Shown piece after piece: positions 1 through 8,213 of a stretch of 64,000 bases of DNA. The DNA comes from Vicinamibacterales bacterium (GTDB taxonomy: Bacteria > Acidobacteriota > Vicinamibacteria > Vicinamibacterales > UBA8438). Position 1 is the stretch's first letter, and each line of letters starts with the position of its first letter. The position numbers and the translations under genes are program-made. The notes beneath the pieces were generated by a model that had not been told where the DNA came from, did no database searches, and saw nothing but the letters and a program-made list of their open reading frames with translations. The stretch is from contig CBDCVL010000002.1 of NCBI GenBank assembly GCA_965223015.1, positions 387,899-451,898 on the forward strand. Reading direction: 5' to 3'.

Positions 1-584
1 ACGAGGATCTCAGCACCGGCGGCAACGACATCCGGGGCGTTGGACGGCTGAATCCCGCCATCGATCTCCACAGGAGCGCGTGACTGCGCCTGGTCGAGAA
101 TGGCGCGCACGGCCCGCACCTTCGACGTACTTTCGGGAATAAACGTTTGACCCGAGAACCCTGGATTGACCGACATGACGAGGACGAAGTCGAGGAGCCC
201 AGCCACCGGTTCGAGCATCGCGGCTGAGGTTCCGGGGTTCAGCACGGCCCCAGCCTTGACGCCGAGATTCTTGATCGCCTCGAGCGTCCGATGAAGGTGG
301 GGTGCAACCTCGACGTGCACCGACATCATTGAGGCCCCCGCGTCGGCGAACGCCTCGAGGTGCCGGTCTGGCTCGACGACCATCAGATGGACGTCGAGGG
401 GGACCGTCGCGACACGCTTGAGGGCCTGAACGACGGGCACGCCAATAGAAATACTTGGGACGAATCGGCCATCCATCACATCAACGTGGATGAGGTCGGC
501 ACCACCCGCCTCGACTGCGGCGACTTGGTCGGCCAGCCGGCCGAAATCAGCCGAGAGGATGGACGGTGCGATGCGAAGGGTCAT
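1..584 (-). CDS. rpe: ribulose-phosphate 3-epimerase (3' end cut by window edge)
   Basis: Own reverse-strand translation from ATG 584-582: MTLRIAPSILSADFGRLADQVAAVEAGGADLIHVDVMDGRFVP...VMSVNPGFSGQ. Absent from ORF track because there is no stop in the window. ATGA overlap with the upstream ORF stop. Confidence 0.85.
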   Translation of the reverse strand, partial: MTLRIAPSILSADFGRLADQVAAVEAGGADLIHVDVMDGRFVPSISIGVPVVQALKRVATVPLDVHLMVVEPDRHLEAFADAGASMMSVHVEVAPHLHRTLEAIKNLGVKAGAVLNPGTSAAMLEPVAGLLDFVLVMSVNPGFSGQTFIPESTSKVRAVRAILDQAQSRAPVEIDGGIQPSNAPDVVAAGAEIL

Positions 585-1315
585 TGGCTGACCTCGAGGG
601 AAATCGGCTCGCCGGGTGCGATCTGGAATCCGGCCTCGGGGGCTTGCCTCAGGACCACGCCGGGGGGCACGCCCCGGTACGGGTGGTCGCCGACGACGGT
701 AATTCGAAATCCGCGGGTTCGCAGCAGATTGGCGGCCGCCTCCCCATCGGCACCGATCAGGTCGGGCATCACGAAGGTGCGACCCCGTTCACCTCGATTC
801 ACGAGTAGGGAAACGCGTTGCCCGTTGCCGTCTACCGGCTGGTGATGAGCCACGACTGCATCGACTGGGTACCGGTCTGATCGGATCTCGGACAATTCGT
901 CGATCGCAAACGCATTCTCCTCCAGGGTTCGCCGTGCTGCCTGTTCGGAGGCACCGACCAGAGCTGGCAGCGACCCTGGTGTTGGCCCGGAGCTCAGCCA
1001 GATGGTCACGGTACGCTGACTGCGGGTCGTGAGGCCGGACCCGGGATCCTGTTCGGCGATTCGGCCGGCCGAAATCGTTTCGTGGATGCGCCGGACCGGA
1101 TCGATGCGGAGGGTGAGACCATCCTCAGCCAGGACCATCTCAGCTTCCTCGGAAGTCAGACCCCTGAGGCTGGGAACCGCCACCTCCCGGCTCTTGAGCG
1201 CAAGCTGCAGCGAAACGAGGGTAAAGAGGCCGTAGGTTGCCCCAAGTGCACCCAGGAGCACCACAAGCTTCGCCAGTCCTAGGCCCCACTTTTTCAGAGG
1301 CGTCTTCGCCGCCAT
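581..1315 (-). CDS. membrane-anchored PASTA-repeat protein (no kinase domain)
   Basis: 244-aa ORF with an N-terminal TM helix (LVVLLGALGATYGLFTLV) followed by about three PASTA-like ~65-aa repeats. Sits in the fmt-rsmB-rpe neighbourhood. Confidence 0.7.
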   Translation of the reverse strand: MAAKTPLKKWGLGLAKLVVLLGALGATYGLFTLVSLQLALKSREVAVPSLRGLTSEEAEMVLAEDGLTLRIDPVRRIHETISAGRIAEQDPGSGLTTRSQRTVTIWLSSGPTPGSLPALVGASEQAARRTLEENAFAIDELSEIRSDRYPVDAVVAHHQPVDGNGQRVSLLVNRGERGRTFVMPDLIGADGEAAANLLRTRGFRITVVGDHPYRGVPPGVVLRQAPEAGFQIAPGEPISLEVSQ

Positions 1316-1357
1316 CCAGGATCCGATTCTAGCGGAAGTGCTTATTGTTCACAATGT

Positions 1358-2728
1358 TCAGGCCGTCGAGCGGCCGAGTGTGGCCGCGAAGAAGGCCTGA
1401 AGGCCGTCCCGATGGGGCAGAGTCTGGAAGAAGCCCTCGCTGTCGACCAGAGCGGAGAGCCGCGGCTGTGAGGGGGGCTCGAGATGGAAGTTGGGATGGG
1501 TCTCGAGGAAGCGGTTCACCACGAGCTGGTTCTCTTCGGGTTCGCTCGAGCATGTGGCATAGACGAGGTGCCCGCCAACGGTGACGGCCGATGCAGCACC
1601 CTCGAGAAGTGTCAGTTGCATCGCTGCGAGTGACTCCAGGTGGTCCGGCAGGCGTCGCCACCGGATGTCGGGGTCGCGTCGGAGAGTTCCAAGGCCAGAG
1701 CACGGTGCGTCGAGGAGCACCCAATCAAAGACTGGGCCGCACGGCGGACGGCGTGCATCGAAGCGGACGATCTGAGTGCAGTCCGTCCCTACCCCAGTCA
1801 GGATCTCCGTGAGGACAGCGACACGTCTCGGCCGCAGGTCGCCGCAGACCAGCAGTCCAGTGTCATCCAGCGTGCTTGCGATAACCAGCGACTTCCCGCC
1901 CGGGGACGCGCACGTATCGAGGATGCGCTGCCCGGGGTGTGCCATCACCAGCTCGGCGACAAGTTGCGACGCTTCGTCCTGGAGCCAGAAGAGCCCTTGG
2001 ATGGCGAGGGGTGTCGTCGTCGGATTTCCTTGAGTGACGATCAACGCGACTGGTGTCCAGCGACTCCGCACCGTGTCGACCCCGTGCGCGGCCAGCTCGG
2101 AGGCAAGTTGATCCGGCGTGCGGCGTAACGTGTTGACACGGAGGGTTACCGGTGCAGGGGTGTTGTTGAAGCGAAGCCACTGCTCGGTTGCCTTGAACCC
2201 GTATCGACGGTACCACCGCTCGGCCAGCCAGCGTGGATGCGACAACGTCGTGGCCAGGTAATCGAGAAGCGCCACCTGGTCTTCTTCAGCCCCGGTTTGG
2301 CGCACCGAGCTGGGTGGCTGCGGCAAGTCCAGCCTGGCTCTCCGTCTGATGATCGCACGCAGGACGGCATTGACGAAGGGGCCGGCACTGCTTTTTCCCA
2401 GGATGCGCACGAGCCCTACTGCGTCATCGACGACGGCATGGTCTGGCACACGTTCCAGGTGCAGCAACTGGTACGCCGACAGGCGCAGGAGATCCAGGAC
2501 GTCGGGATCGACGCGCCCGAGAGGACGCGACGATGCCTGCTGGATGATGTGGTCGAGTCGTGCCCGCCACCGTAGCGTTCCGGTCACGATCTCTGTCGCG
2601 AGCACGCGGTCGCGCGGGTCTGGGAGGCCCTGGCGGACTCGCGCTTGAGCATGTGCGAGATCCACCTGCTGGCCACCGTGGACATCTCGGAGCACTCGAA
2701 GCGCGGCGCGCCTCGCCGGCGCCGTCAT
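1358..2728 (-). CDS. rsmB: 16S rRNA (cytosine967-C5)-methyltransferase
   Basis: 456-aa ORF with a NusB-like N-terminus plus SAM-MTase motifs DTCASPGGKS and DAPCSGLGTLRRDPD. 4-nt overlap with fmt. Confidence 0.85.
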   Translation of the reverse strand: MTAPARRAALRVLRDVHGGQQVDLAHAQARVRQGLPDPRDRVLATEIVTGTLRWRARLDHIIQQASSRPLGRVDPDVLDLLRLSAYQLLHLERVPDHAVVDDAVGLVRILGKSSAGPFVNAVLRAIIRRRARLDLPQPPSSVRQTGAEEDQVALLDYLATTLSHPRWLAERWYRRYGFKATEQWLRFNNTPAPVTLRVNTLRRTPDQLASELAAHGVDTVRSRWTPVALIVTQGNPTTTPLAIQGLFWLQDEASQLVAELVMAHPGQRILDTCASPGGKSLVIASTLDDTGLLVCGDLRPRRVAVLTEILTGVGTDCTQIVRFDARRPPCGPVFDWVLLDAPCSGLGTLRRDPDIRWRRLPDHLESLAAMQLTLLEGAASAVTVGGHLVYATCSSEPEENQLVVNRFLETHPNFHLEPPSQPRLSALVDSEGFFQTLPHRDGLQAFFAATLGRSTA

Positions 2729-3690
2729 GATGGGATCTGCTGAAACCGAGCACCTGGCGAAAGGCGATGTCCCGCCAGGAACGCCCGTGTCCCAAGAGCG
2801 CGTCGCCCCTCGGGTTGGAGCTCATGGATGGCCAGGCTGGTGTGGTCCCCCGCGGCGACGATCAGGCGGTCACCCTCGGCGGCGAGTATCTCACCGGCCA
2901 CCGGCTCCGAGGGGCTGCCTTCATTCGACGGGTGGACGACGGCCTCCGTCCGAAGAAGAAGAAGGCGCCGTCCACCGACATAGCTAAACGCGTGCGGCCA
3001 GGGGTGCAGCCCGCGCACCGCGCTGTGGATGGCGATGGCCGGAGCTCCCCAGTCGATGAGACCGTCGGCCCTGGTGATCTTTGGGGCAAACGTTGCCTGC
3101 TCATGATCCTGCGCAGATTCAGTTGAACGGCCGGCGGCGATGTCGTCGACAGATGTCAGCAAGAGATCGGCGCCGAGGTGGGCGAGCTTCCGCTCGAGAC
3201 TGACGCTCGTGTCGGTAGGCTCGATCGCCAGCGATTTCGCGCACAGCATCGGCCCAGCATCCATTTCGTGGACAAGCTGGATGATGGTGATTCCGGTCTC
3301 CGTCTCGCCCGCCATGATGGCTCGATGAATGGGCGCGGCACCTCGATACTTCGGCAACAGTGAGGCGTGCACATTGATCATCCCCAAGCGGGGAAGCTCG
3401 AGGAGTCGGTCGGGTAGCAGCCTCCCATATGCCGCCACGACAGCCAGGTCGGGCGAGGCTGCGTCGAGGGCAGCGACGAAATCGGGGTCGCTCATCCGGA
3501 CCGGCTGCAGGACGGGGAGGCCATGCGCTTCGGCCGTCTGTTTGACGGGCGACGCCGATACGCGGCGTCCTCGACCTCTCGGGCGGTCGGGCTGTGTGAC
3601 GACCGCGACGACGCTGTGGACGGACGAGAGCAGACGTTCGAGAGTCGGAACGGCGAATTCCGGTGTTCCGAAGAAGACGGTCTTTACCAC
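2725..3690 (-). CDS. fmt: methionyl-tRNA formyltransferase
   Basis: 321-aa ORF. N-terminus MVKTVFFGTPEFAVPTL, HASLLPKYRGAAPI motif. def-fmt gene order. Confidence 0.9.
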   Translation of the reverse strand: MVKTVFFGTPEFAVPTLERLLSSVHSVVAVVTQPDRPRGRGRRVSASPVKQTAEAHGLPVLQPVRMSDPDFVAALDAASPDLAVVAAYGRLLPDRLLELPRLGMINVHASLLPKYRGAAPIHRAIMAGETETGITIIQLVHEMDAGPMLCAKSLAIEPTDTSVSLERKLAHLGADLLLTSVDDIAAGRSTESAQDHEQATFAPKITRADGLIDWGAPAIAIHSAVRGLHPWPHAFSYVGGRRLLLLRTEAVVHPSNEGSPSEPVAGEILAAEGDRLIVAAGDHTSLAIHELQPEGRRALGTRAFLAGHRLSPGARFQQIPS

Positions 3691-4193
3691 TTTCCCGACC
3701 GCCGGAGCTTTCTGATCTTTCGCAGGATTGCCTCCCGGCTGAATCCTCGAAGGTGGTCGAGGAATAGGGAGCCGTCCAGATGATCCATTTCATGCAGCAA
3801 GGTATGGGCGAGAAGGTCGGTCCCCTCGATCTCGTGCTGGTCACCTTCGCGATCGAGTCCGCGCACGAGGACTCGGGTTGGGCGGGGGATTGCCCCCTCG
3901 AATCCGGGCAGGCTGAGACACCCCTCGGGCTCGGTCTGCACGCCTTCGCGTTCGATGATCTCTGGATTGACCATGATGACCAGGTCTTCGGCGCGATGTC
4001 CCGACGAGGGGTCGGCCACGAAGACCCTGCGTGAGACCCCGATCTGCGGTGCGGCCAGCCCGACGCCCGATACGGCGTACATCGTTTCGATCATGTCATC
4101 GATGAGTGTTTGGATTTCGGGTGTCACGCTCTCAACTGGCTGGGCGGTGCGCCGAAGCACGTCGTCGCCGTACTTCGCGATCGGGCGAATCAT
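3684..4193 (-). CDS. def: peptide deformylase
   Basis: 169-aa ORF with the three PDF motifs GVGLAAPQIG, EGCLSLPG, HEMDHLDG. Confidence 0.9.
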   Translation of the reverse strand: MIRPIAKYGDDVLRRTAQPVESVTPEIQTLIDDMIETMYAVSGVGLAAPQIGVSRRVFVADPSSGHRAEDLVIMVNPEIIEREGVQTEPEGCLSLPGFEGAIPRPTRVLVRGLDREGDQHEIEGTDLLAHTLLHEMDHLDGSLFLDHLRGFSREAILRKIRKLRRSGKW

Positions 4194-4406
4194 GACAAGG
4201 ATCTTAGTGCCATCTGGCTAGGAATCGAAGGGATAGGACTGTTGACCGATTTCGAGATCAATATCGGCAGCACAATCTCCCGGCCGTTCTTCCAGATTCC
4301 TCGTGTCGTTGGTGCGCCGAACTGACCGATTGCGCAGACTGCCGTCCGCTTTCGTGTCCTTTCCGGCACGCATCCTTCTTGCAGGTCGTGCACGTGAAGC
4401 GAAAAA

Positions 4407-4438
4407 CAACGCCGCAACGAAGCAACGACGCAACGACT
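4407..4438 (+). repeat. four tandem 8-nt units CAACGNNN (CAACGCCG CAACGAAG CAACGACG CAACGACT)
   Basis: Read directly. Ends 13 nt before the ATG of the sigma-54 activator gene. Confidence 0.8.
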
Positions 4439-4451
4439 CGGCGACCAAGAG

Positions 4452-6344
4452 ATGCCAGACAGCTCCGACATGTCCAGCGAAGGCGAGCTCCGACGTCCGT
4501 CCAGCGATCGCCGGGCTGAGCGAGCACGTCTACAGGTTGGCACGGCGATGCTCGTGGCGCGGCGTGGTCGTCCCGCCGAGGCCGAACGCAAGCTGAGAGA
4601 CGCGATCGGCGTACTCGAGCGACGCCAGCAATATGCGGGAGCCGCGCGGGCCGCCGCGACGTTGGGGTGTCTGTTGCGGGAGCGGGGTGATATGACGCGT
4701 GCCGAAACGACGTTCGAGCGAGCGCGGGTCCTCTTTGACGCAGCGACGCCGACGGATCGGTCCGTGCCTGTGTCAGTTCCCGGATACTCCCCCCAGTCGT
4801 CGTCGACCCACGCAGTGAAGGAAGTGCATGACGTGAATGAAGTAAACGGCCTGAATGGCGCTGGCCGTTCACACAGGGGGCATGGTGAGCATGAAGACTA
4901 CGCGGAGGCGAAGGCGATGCTATCGGCTGGCGGTGCCCGCGGTGTTCTGTCGTCCGTCGTCCGCGTTGGGCCTGACATTGCGCCTGACGTTGCGCGACAG
5001 CTGACACGTGCGGCGACAGACCTATTCCGAGCACACGCGAGAAACGGCGGCCTGCCGGAACTCTGTGTCACTGTGAGATCACTGGTCGCAGCCGATGCGG
5101 TTGGCGTGTACGCGAGCGGCGAGCAGCCCACATGCTTGGCGTCGGCGGGTCCGATGCCGCGGTCGGTCGCGCAGAGAATCGGCCAGCAGCGACTGACGAA
5201 CCAGCCTGAGTCGGAGGCGCGGCCGACGGCGTCGCCTGTGATCGTCCCGATCGGTGCGGGCAAGACAGAGCACCCAGCAGTCTTTCTTCTGGCGCATTGG
5301 GCACGAGGACGTCCGCCTGGGCTGGGCTTTCCCGCCGAGGCCCTCCTCCGGCTTGCGTCGGTTGTCGGCGCGTCTGATGTGCAAGGGACCCTCGAGCGCC
5401 AGTCACACGTCTCGTCAGAAACGGCCTGCGGCATTGTCGGTCGCAGTCGAGAGATTCGCGATCTTCGCGTGGCCATCATTCAACAGGCCGCATGTCCCTA
5501 TCCGATCCTAATCGAAGGGGAAACGGGCAGCGGCAAGGAGCTGGTCGCACGAGCGCTCCATCATGGCGGCCCTCGCCGTGACCGGGTGTTCTGTGCCGTG
5601 AACTGCGCCGCGCTCAGCGATGAGCTGTTTGAATCCGAGTTCTTCGGGCATGCGCGCGGAGCCTTTACGGGCGCTGTGGCTCAGCGCACCGGATTGTTCG
5701 AGGAAGCCAATGGCGGCACCCTGTTCCTCGACGAAGTTGGAGAGCTGTCGCCACGTGCACAGGCGAAACTGCTGCGTGTTGTGCAGGAGGGGGAGGTGCG
5801 TCGCCTCGGTGAGAATATGACGCGGCGTGTCGACGTGCGGATCATGACTGCGACCAACCGCTCACTGGCGAAGGAGGTGGCCGCCGGCCGCTTTCGGCAG
5901 GACCTGCTGTTCCGGCTCGCGGTCGTTCGGCTGCGGGTGCCTCCCCTTCGCGCGCGTGGGGAGGACATCGCGCTGCTCGCAACGTGGTTCTGGAAGCGGG
6001 CGCTTGCTCGGACGGGTGGGTGTGCGGCTCTGGATCCAGATTGTCTGGCCGCACTCGGGCGCTACGATTGGCCTGGAAACGTACGAGAGCTAGAGAACGT
6101 GATGTTGTCTCTTTCGGTGCGGGCGCCACACCGGGGATGGGTACGGTCTGACATGCTCCCTACCGAAATCGTCGGGGCGGTGTTGGTCGAGGGGGCGCGG
6201 CTGGCCGAAGCACGAATAGCGTTCGATCGACGATTCGTAAGCGCGGCGCTCACGCGCACTGGCGGGCGTCCTGGGCTGGCAGCGACGGAGCTCGGGATCA
6301 GTCGCCAGGGTCTCAACAAGCTAATGAGACGTCTGAGTCTTTAG
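4452..6344 (+). CDS. sigma-54-dependent transcriptional activator (bEBP) with unassigned ~300-aa N-terminal sensor region
   Basis: 630-aa ORF. AAA+ Walker [22 protein letters not shown] loop, [10 protein letters not shown]-terminal Fis-type HTH ([16 protein letters not shown]). Start codon uncertain. Confidence 0.85.
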   Translation: MPDSSDMSSEGELRRPSSDRRAERARLQVGTAMLVARRGRPAEAERKLRDAIGVLERRQQYAGAARAAATLGCLLRERGDMTRAETTFERARVLFDAATPTDRSVPVSVPGYSPQSSSTHAVKEVHDVNEVNGLNGAGRSHRGHGEHEDYAEAKAMLSAGGARGVLSSVVRVGPDIAPDVARQLTRAATDLFRAHARNGGLPELCVTVRSLVAADAVGVYASGEQPTCLASAGPMPRSVAQRIGQQRLTNQPESEARPTASPVIVPIGAGKTEHPAVFLLAHWARGRPPGLGFPAEALLRLASVVGASDVQGTLERQSHVSSETACGIVGRSREIRDLRVAIIQQAACPYPILIEGETGSGKELVARALHHGGPRRDRVFCAVNCAALSDELFESEFFGHARGAFTGAVAQRTGLFEEANGGTLFLDEVGELSPRAQAKLLRVVQEGEVRRLGENMTRRVDVRIMTATNRSLAKEVAAGRFRQDLLFRLAVVRLRVPPLRARGEDIALLATWFWKRALARTGGCAALDPDCLAALGRYDWPGNVRELENVMLSLSVRAPHRGWVRSDMLPTEIVGAVLVEGARLAEARIAFDRRFVSAALTRTGGRPGLAATELGISRQGLNKLMRRLSL

Positions 6345-7465
6345 TGATCACTACCCCCCCCAAAGTTCTGCGTCCAGTAGTGGCCGTAGGTGGAGCCTGC
6401 CAGGAAGCCGTAGCCGACCCCGATGTCAGCGTATCCGCCTTTCATGATGTTTGAGCAGTGTCCAGAGCTCGCCATCCAGGCGTTCACGACGGCCTGCGGC
6501 GTCGAGCTGCCCGCAGCGATATTTTCCCCCTGCGGGAATCCGCCAGCATACCCGGCATCTTGAATGCGCTGCGAGAATGTCCGACCATCGAGACTTGTGT
6601 GTGAGAAATAGTCGTTGGTTGCCATGTCGGCGCTGTGTCCGCGTGCCGCTGTGCGAAGACTGCCGTCTTCGGCAAGTGGCCCAACGGGCGGTCGCGCAGA
6701 GCCGCCGCAGGTGGCTCCCGCGGCGCGATGCTGGTTGACGAGTGTGATCACCTGTTGCTCGAACGCTGACGATGTACTGACCGGATCGGGATCGGGTTCA
6801 GGGTCGGGCGCAGGCTCCGGCACAGTCACGGTTGCGCTCTGGGAGTCTGCGCTGCCGTGACTGTTCGACACACGCACCCAGTAGCTGGTCGTGGTCGTGA
6901 GCGACGGCGTTGTGTAGACCCTCGACGTCGCACCGCGAATCGGAGAGGCCGTGGACCCGCTCGTGCCCGCATACCACTGGTACGTGAGTGGATTGCTTCC
7001 GCTCGCCCTAATCTTGAGCGAGGCGGATTGGCCGGAACTGACGGTTCGATCGGTGGGCTGCGTCGTGATGACCGGGGCGGTTCCTGGCTGGTCGGAGGCC
7101 GTGATTGTGACCGTCGCTGTCTCCGAGTCGGTCGCGCCGGTCGCATCTGTGAGACGCACCCAGAAGCTCGTTGTCGTGGTCAGAGGAGGGGTGCTGTACG
7201 ACGCACGTGTCGCGCCGTCGATCGGTTGGGCGGTTGTCCCGCTCTCGCCGACATACCACTGATACGTCATGGAGCCGGTTCCGGTGGCGGCGACTTCCAG
7301 GGTGACACTGCTGCCAGATGTGACGGACCGGTCCTGGGGCTGGGCCGCGATCTCGGGCGCACCGGAGCTCGTCGCATCGGTCGCGCTTGAAGGGGCGGTG
7401 GGCGATGACGTACAGGCGGCCGCCAAGAGGAGAACGCCCGTGAGAAGCCAAGCTGGTCGAAACAC
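6341..7465 (-). CDS. secreted lipoprotein: two Ig-like repeats + C-terminal CAP/SCP (YkwD-like) domain
   Basis: 374-aa ORF. Lipobox LLLAAAC. Two ~90-aa repeats (TYQWY.G.SG.TA.PI.GAT...TTTS.WVR). C-terminal NQHRAAGA..GENIAAG..SSGHCSNIM. Confidence 0.75.
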   Translation of the reverse strand: MFRPAWLLTGVLLLAAACTSSPTAPSSATDATSSGAPEIAAQPQDRSVTSGSSVTLEVAATGTGSMTYQWYVGESGTTAQPIDGATRASYSTPPLTTTTSFWVRLTDATGATDSETATVTITASDQPGTAPVITTQPTDRTVSSGQSASLKIRASGSNPLTYQWYAGTSGSTASPIRGATSRVYTTPSLTTTTSYWVRVSNSHGSADSQSATVTVPEPAPDPEPDPDPVSTSSAFEQQVITLVNQHRAAGATCGGSARPPVGPLAEDGSLRTAARGHSADMATNDYFSHTSLDGRTFSQRIQDAGYAGGFPQGENIAAGSSTPQAVVNAWMASSGHCSNIMKGGYADIGVGYGFLAGSTYGHYWTQNFGGGSDH

Positions 7466-7648
7466 CGATCTGAAGAGTTCAACTCGTGTGCCAGGTGTCC
7501 GGGGTGAAAAAGCCCCGTGAGATGGAACCTAAGGTAGCGAGGCGGTGCCATGCCTCTGACAGGAATGTGCGAACGCCCTCAGTCGTGTCGCTTCTCAGGG
7601 GAGGTCGGACCGGCGCTCGATGCCGTTGGGGCGGATGGCTACGGACTC

Positions 7649-7684
7649 AAAAAAAGACCCCGCTCCGGTAGGGGAGCGGGGTCT
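7649..7684 (-). terminator. rho-independent terminator (minus strand)
   Basis: Minus-strand RNA AGACCCCGCUCC-CCUACC-GGAGCGGGGUCU followed by U7. 12-bp GC-rich stem, read directly. Confidence 0.8.
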
Positions 7685-7762
7685 CATGGTCTTGGTCGAT
7701 GGCGTTGGGTTCTCCCGTATGGGAGGCTCCCAGTCTGCGCCATTGTCTTGCGCCGGAGGTCC

Positions 7763-7807
7763 CTACGAGGACGCCACCTCCACCAGACTCCTACAGTAAT
7801 CGTCCAC
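7763..7807 (-). other. 14-codon mini-ORF (M/V-DDYCRSLVEVASS) behind a perfect Shine-Dalgarno
   Basis: Minus strand GAAGAGGAGGTGATCTA-GTG. AGGAGGTGATC is the exact complement of a canonical 16S 3' tail. No homology assessable. Confidence 0.15.
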
Positions 7808-8024
7808 TAGATCACCTCCTCTTCCGGGCGCACTCGACACGGTGGGGCCCAACCCACCCGGCTCCCTTCGGCCGCCCAAGCCGAAGTCAAACCGCCGCGC
7901 GAACGCGGAACAGATCTAGGTTCATTGTGCCACAGAATGTGCTCGATGGTAGCCCGGGTTGCGACGGATTGGTTCTCGCAGCCGCTCGACGGTCGAAGAC
8001 GATCGCTGGGCTACAAGGACGGCT

Positions 8025-8201
8025 CTACGGAGAGACCGGCGCCTGGCGGTTTTCGAGACGGGAGCGGGCACCGCGAACGATGTCTCCGACGCGGATGGAC
8101 GTGTCCATCACTGTGGAGATGCGCAGGCCGCGGGGAGCGCTGTGCGCGACCTGCGCGGCGACCAGGCGGAGGCTTGCCTGGGCACCGACCTGGAAGGCGA
8201 T
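8025..8201 (-). other. 59-codon open frame with coding-like GC3, in frame with the PQQ dehydrogenase after TGA-3 codons-TAG (remnant or small CDS)
   Basis: Own translation IAFQVGAQASLRLVAAQVAHSAPRGLRISTVMDTSIRVGDIVRGARSRLENRQAPVSP. About 83% G/C at third positions. Only internal GTG 8111 and ATG 8108 are available as starts. Confidence 0.2.
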
Positions 8202-8213
8202 CTATCTCTGAGC

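Noticed and set aside
2837-2846. CTGGTGTGGT inside fmt, a 10-nt match to the left terminus of foldback copy 3.
   Set aside because: It lies inside a conserved coding region with no partner arm or core, so it is most likely chance. This is also why the solo and mini copies above are given low confidence.
4364-4384. Sigma-54 promoter-like CGGCACG...TTGCA upstream of the activator gene.
   Set aside because: The spacing between the GG and GC dinucleotides is 4 nt too long for a -24/-12 promoter.
7479-7494. Minus-strand TGGCACACGAGTTGAA upstream of the CAP/SCP lipoprotein gene as a sigma-54 promoter.
   Set aside because: The -12 element lacks the conserved GC (TTGAA). It would also place the TSS essentially on the start codon.
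8161-8170. CCGCCTGG, reminiscent of the 3' pseudoknot strand of ZTP (pfl) riboswitches.
   Set aside because: The upstream GGGTCGTGA/GGCG subdomain is absent. The location, directly after a stop codon with no regulated gene downstream, does not fit.
7690-8213. Tested whether the ORF-poor region after the PQQ dehydrogenase is RNase P RNA or tmRNA on the minus strand. The trigger was GCAACCCGGGCTAC, which resembles the ACAGAACCCGGCTTA region, plus a short tag-like ORF ending in AAV.
   Set aside because: There is no GGAAAGTCCGG (P4) element, no tRNA-like T-arm (GGTTCGA) and no ...CCA 3' end. The resemblance is limited to about 10 nt.
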